DNA of 61,520 nt, filler included, from Rhabdomonas costata (taxonomy: Eukaryota): assembly GCA_019059605.1 (NCBI GenBank). It is 24 parts of 24 records of this genome, joined end to end, with 100 filler letters (N's around TTAATTAATTAA, not from the genome) between each part and the next. Parts side by side here need not be neighbours in the genome. Positions count along the whole stretch, not along the records: positions 59,058 to 61,520 come from JAHMHO010003284.1; 23 more parts are not named here. One strand, 5' to 3'. Both the position numbers and the translations under genes were made by a program. Under the pieces are notes generated by a model. That model saw only the letters and a list, made by a program, of their open reading frames with translations. It was not told the DNA's origin and searched no databases. Below are positions 61,275 to 61,520 of the stretch, in pieces (within the stretch, counting starts at the first letter, position 1; the number at the start of each line of letters is the position of its first letter).

Positions 61275-61520
61275 GTGTCAGGGAAAGGCTTGAAGAAACA
61301 CGTGCATTGCCGGCGACATCAGTGGCCGCTGCCGGTTGCCAAACACCCATCCCAACCACTCGCGCCCACTCGCATGTAACAGGTGTCGGGGACGTGGTAA
61401 GACAATCACTGTGCGGCGGAAGGAGGGCGATTGGGGCGTGGACCCGGAAACGGAGTCGCGCAATGTGCTGCCTTGCATGACCTCACCCCCGAGGGATAAA
61501 GCATGCCTATGCCTCACCCG

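Noticed and set aside
1-61520. A multi-gene system or cluster formed by neighbouring genes
   Set aside because: Contigs are unlinked and ordered by length, so co-occurrence is meaningless.

Overview
This is not a continuous locus. It is 24 unlinked contigs of about 2.45-2.47 kb, roughly sorted by length and joined by 23 artificial 100-nt spacers (N44-TTAATTAATTAA-N44), so adjacency across a spacer carries no information. The DNA is eukaryotic, with GC-rich exons and spliceosomal-type introns of roughly 0.1-1 kb, and most ORF-track entries are artefacts. Spliced gene fragments I could rebuild by hand: an HtrA/DegP-like protein lacking the catalytic His and Ser, a degenerate class III nucleotide cyclase domain, an MFS transporter, DNA ligase I, a full-size ABCG/PDR transporter, a CHFR-like RING plus an ankyrin exon, CFAP47, a papain-family preproprotease, SDH flavoprotein, an RCC1-repeat protein, a DnaJ C-terminus, a GH2 beta-mannosidase, a PSI-like/Ser-Thr-Pro surface protein, an FCP1-like phosphatase and condensin NCAPD2. 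Mobile DNA: an internally deleted Merlin/IS1595-type transposon with TIRs and an 8-bp TSD, a decayed non-LTR reverse transcriptase, and a possible LTR-element relic. The host is inferred to be a flagellated aerobic protist, plausibly a euglenid (TTAGGG repeats, odd donor consensus); this is inference only. The most interesting signal is the intron system. About one donor in six is GC, donors usually have a pyrimidine at +4, and there are candidate GA-AG and GG-AG introns. Many introns lack a polypyrimidine tract but have complementary 5' and 3' ends, often in the same register (+n pairing with -(n+3)). No CRISPR array, rRNA or intact tRNA was seen. All family calls come from motif recognition by eye, not database searches.
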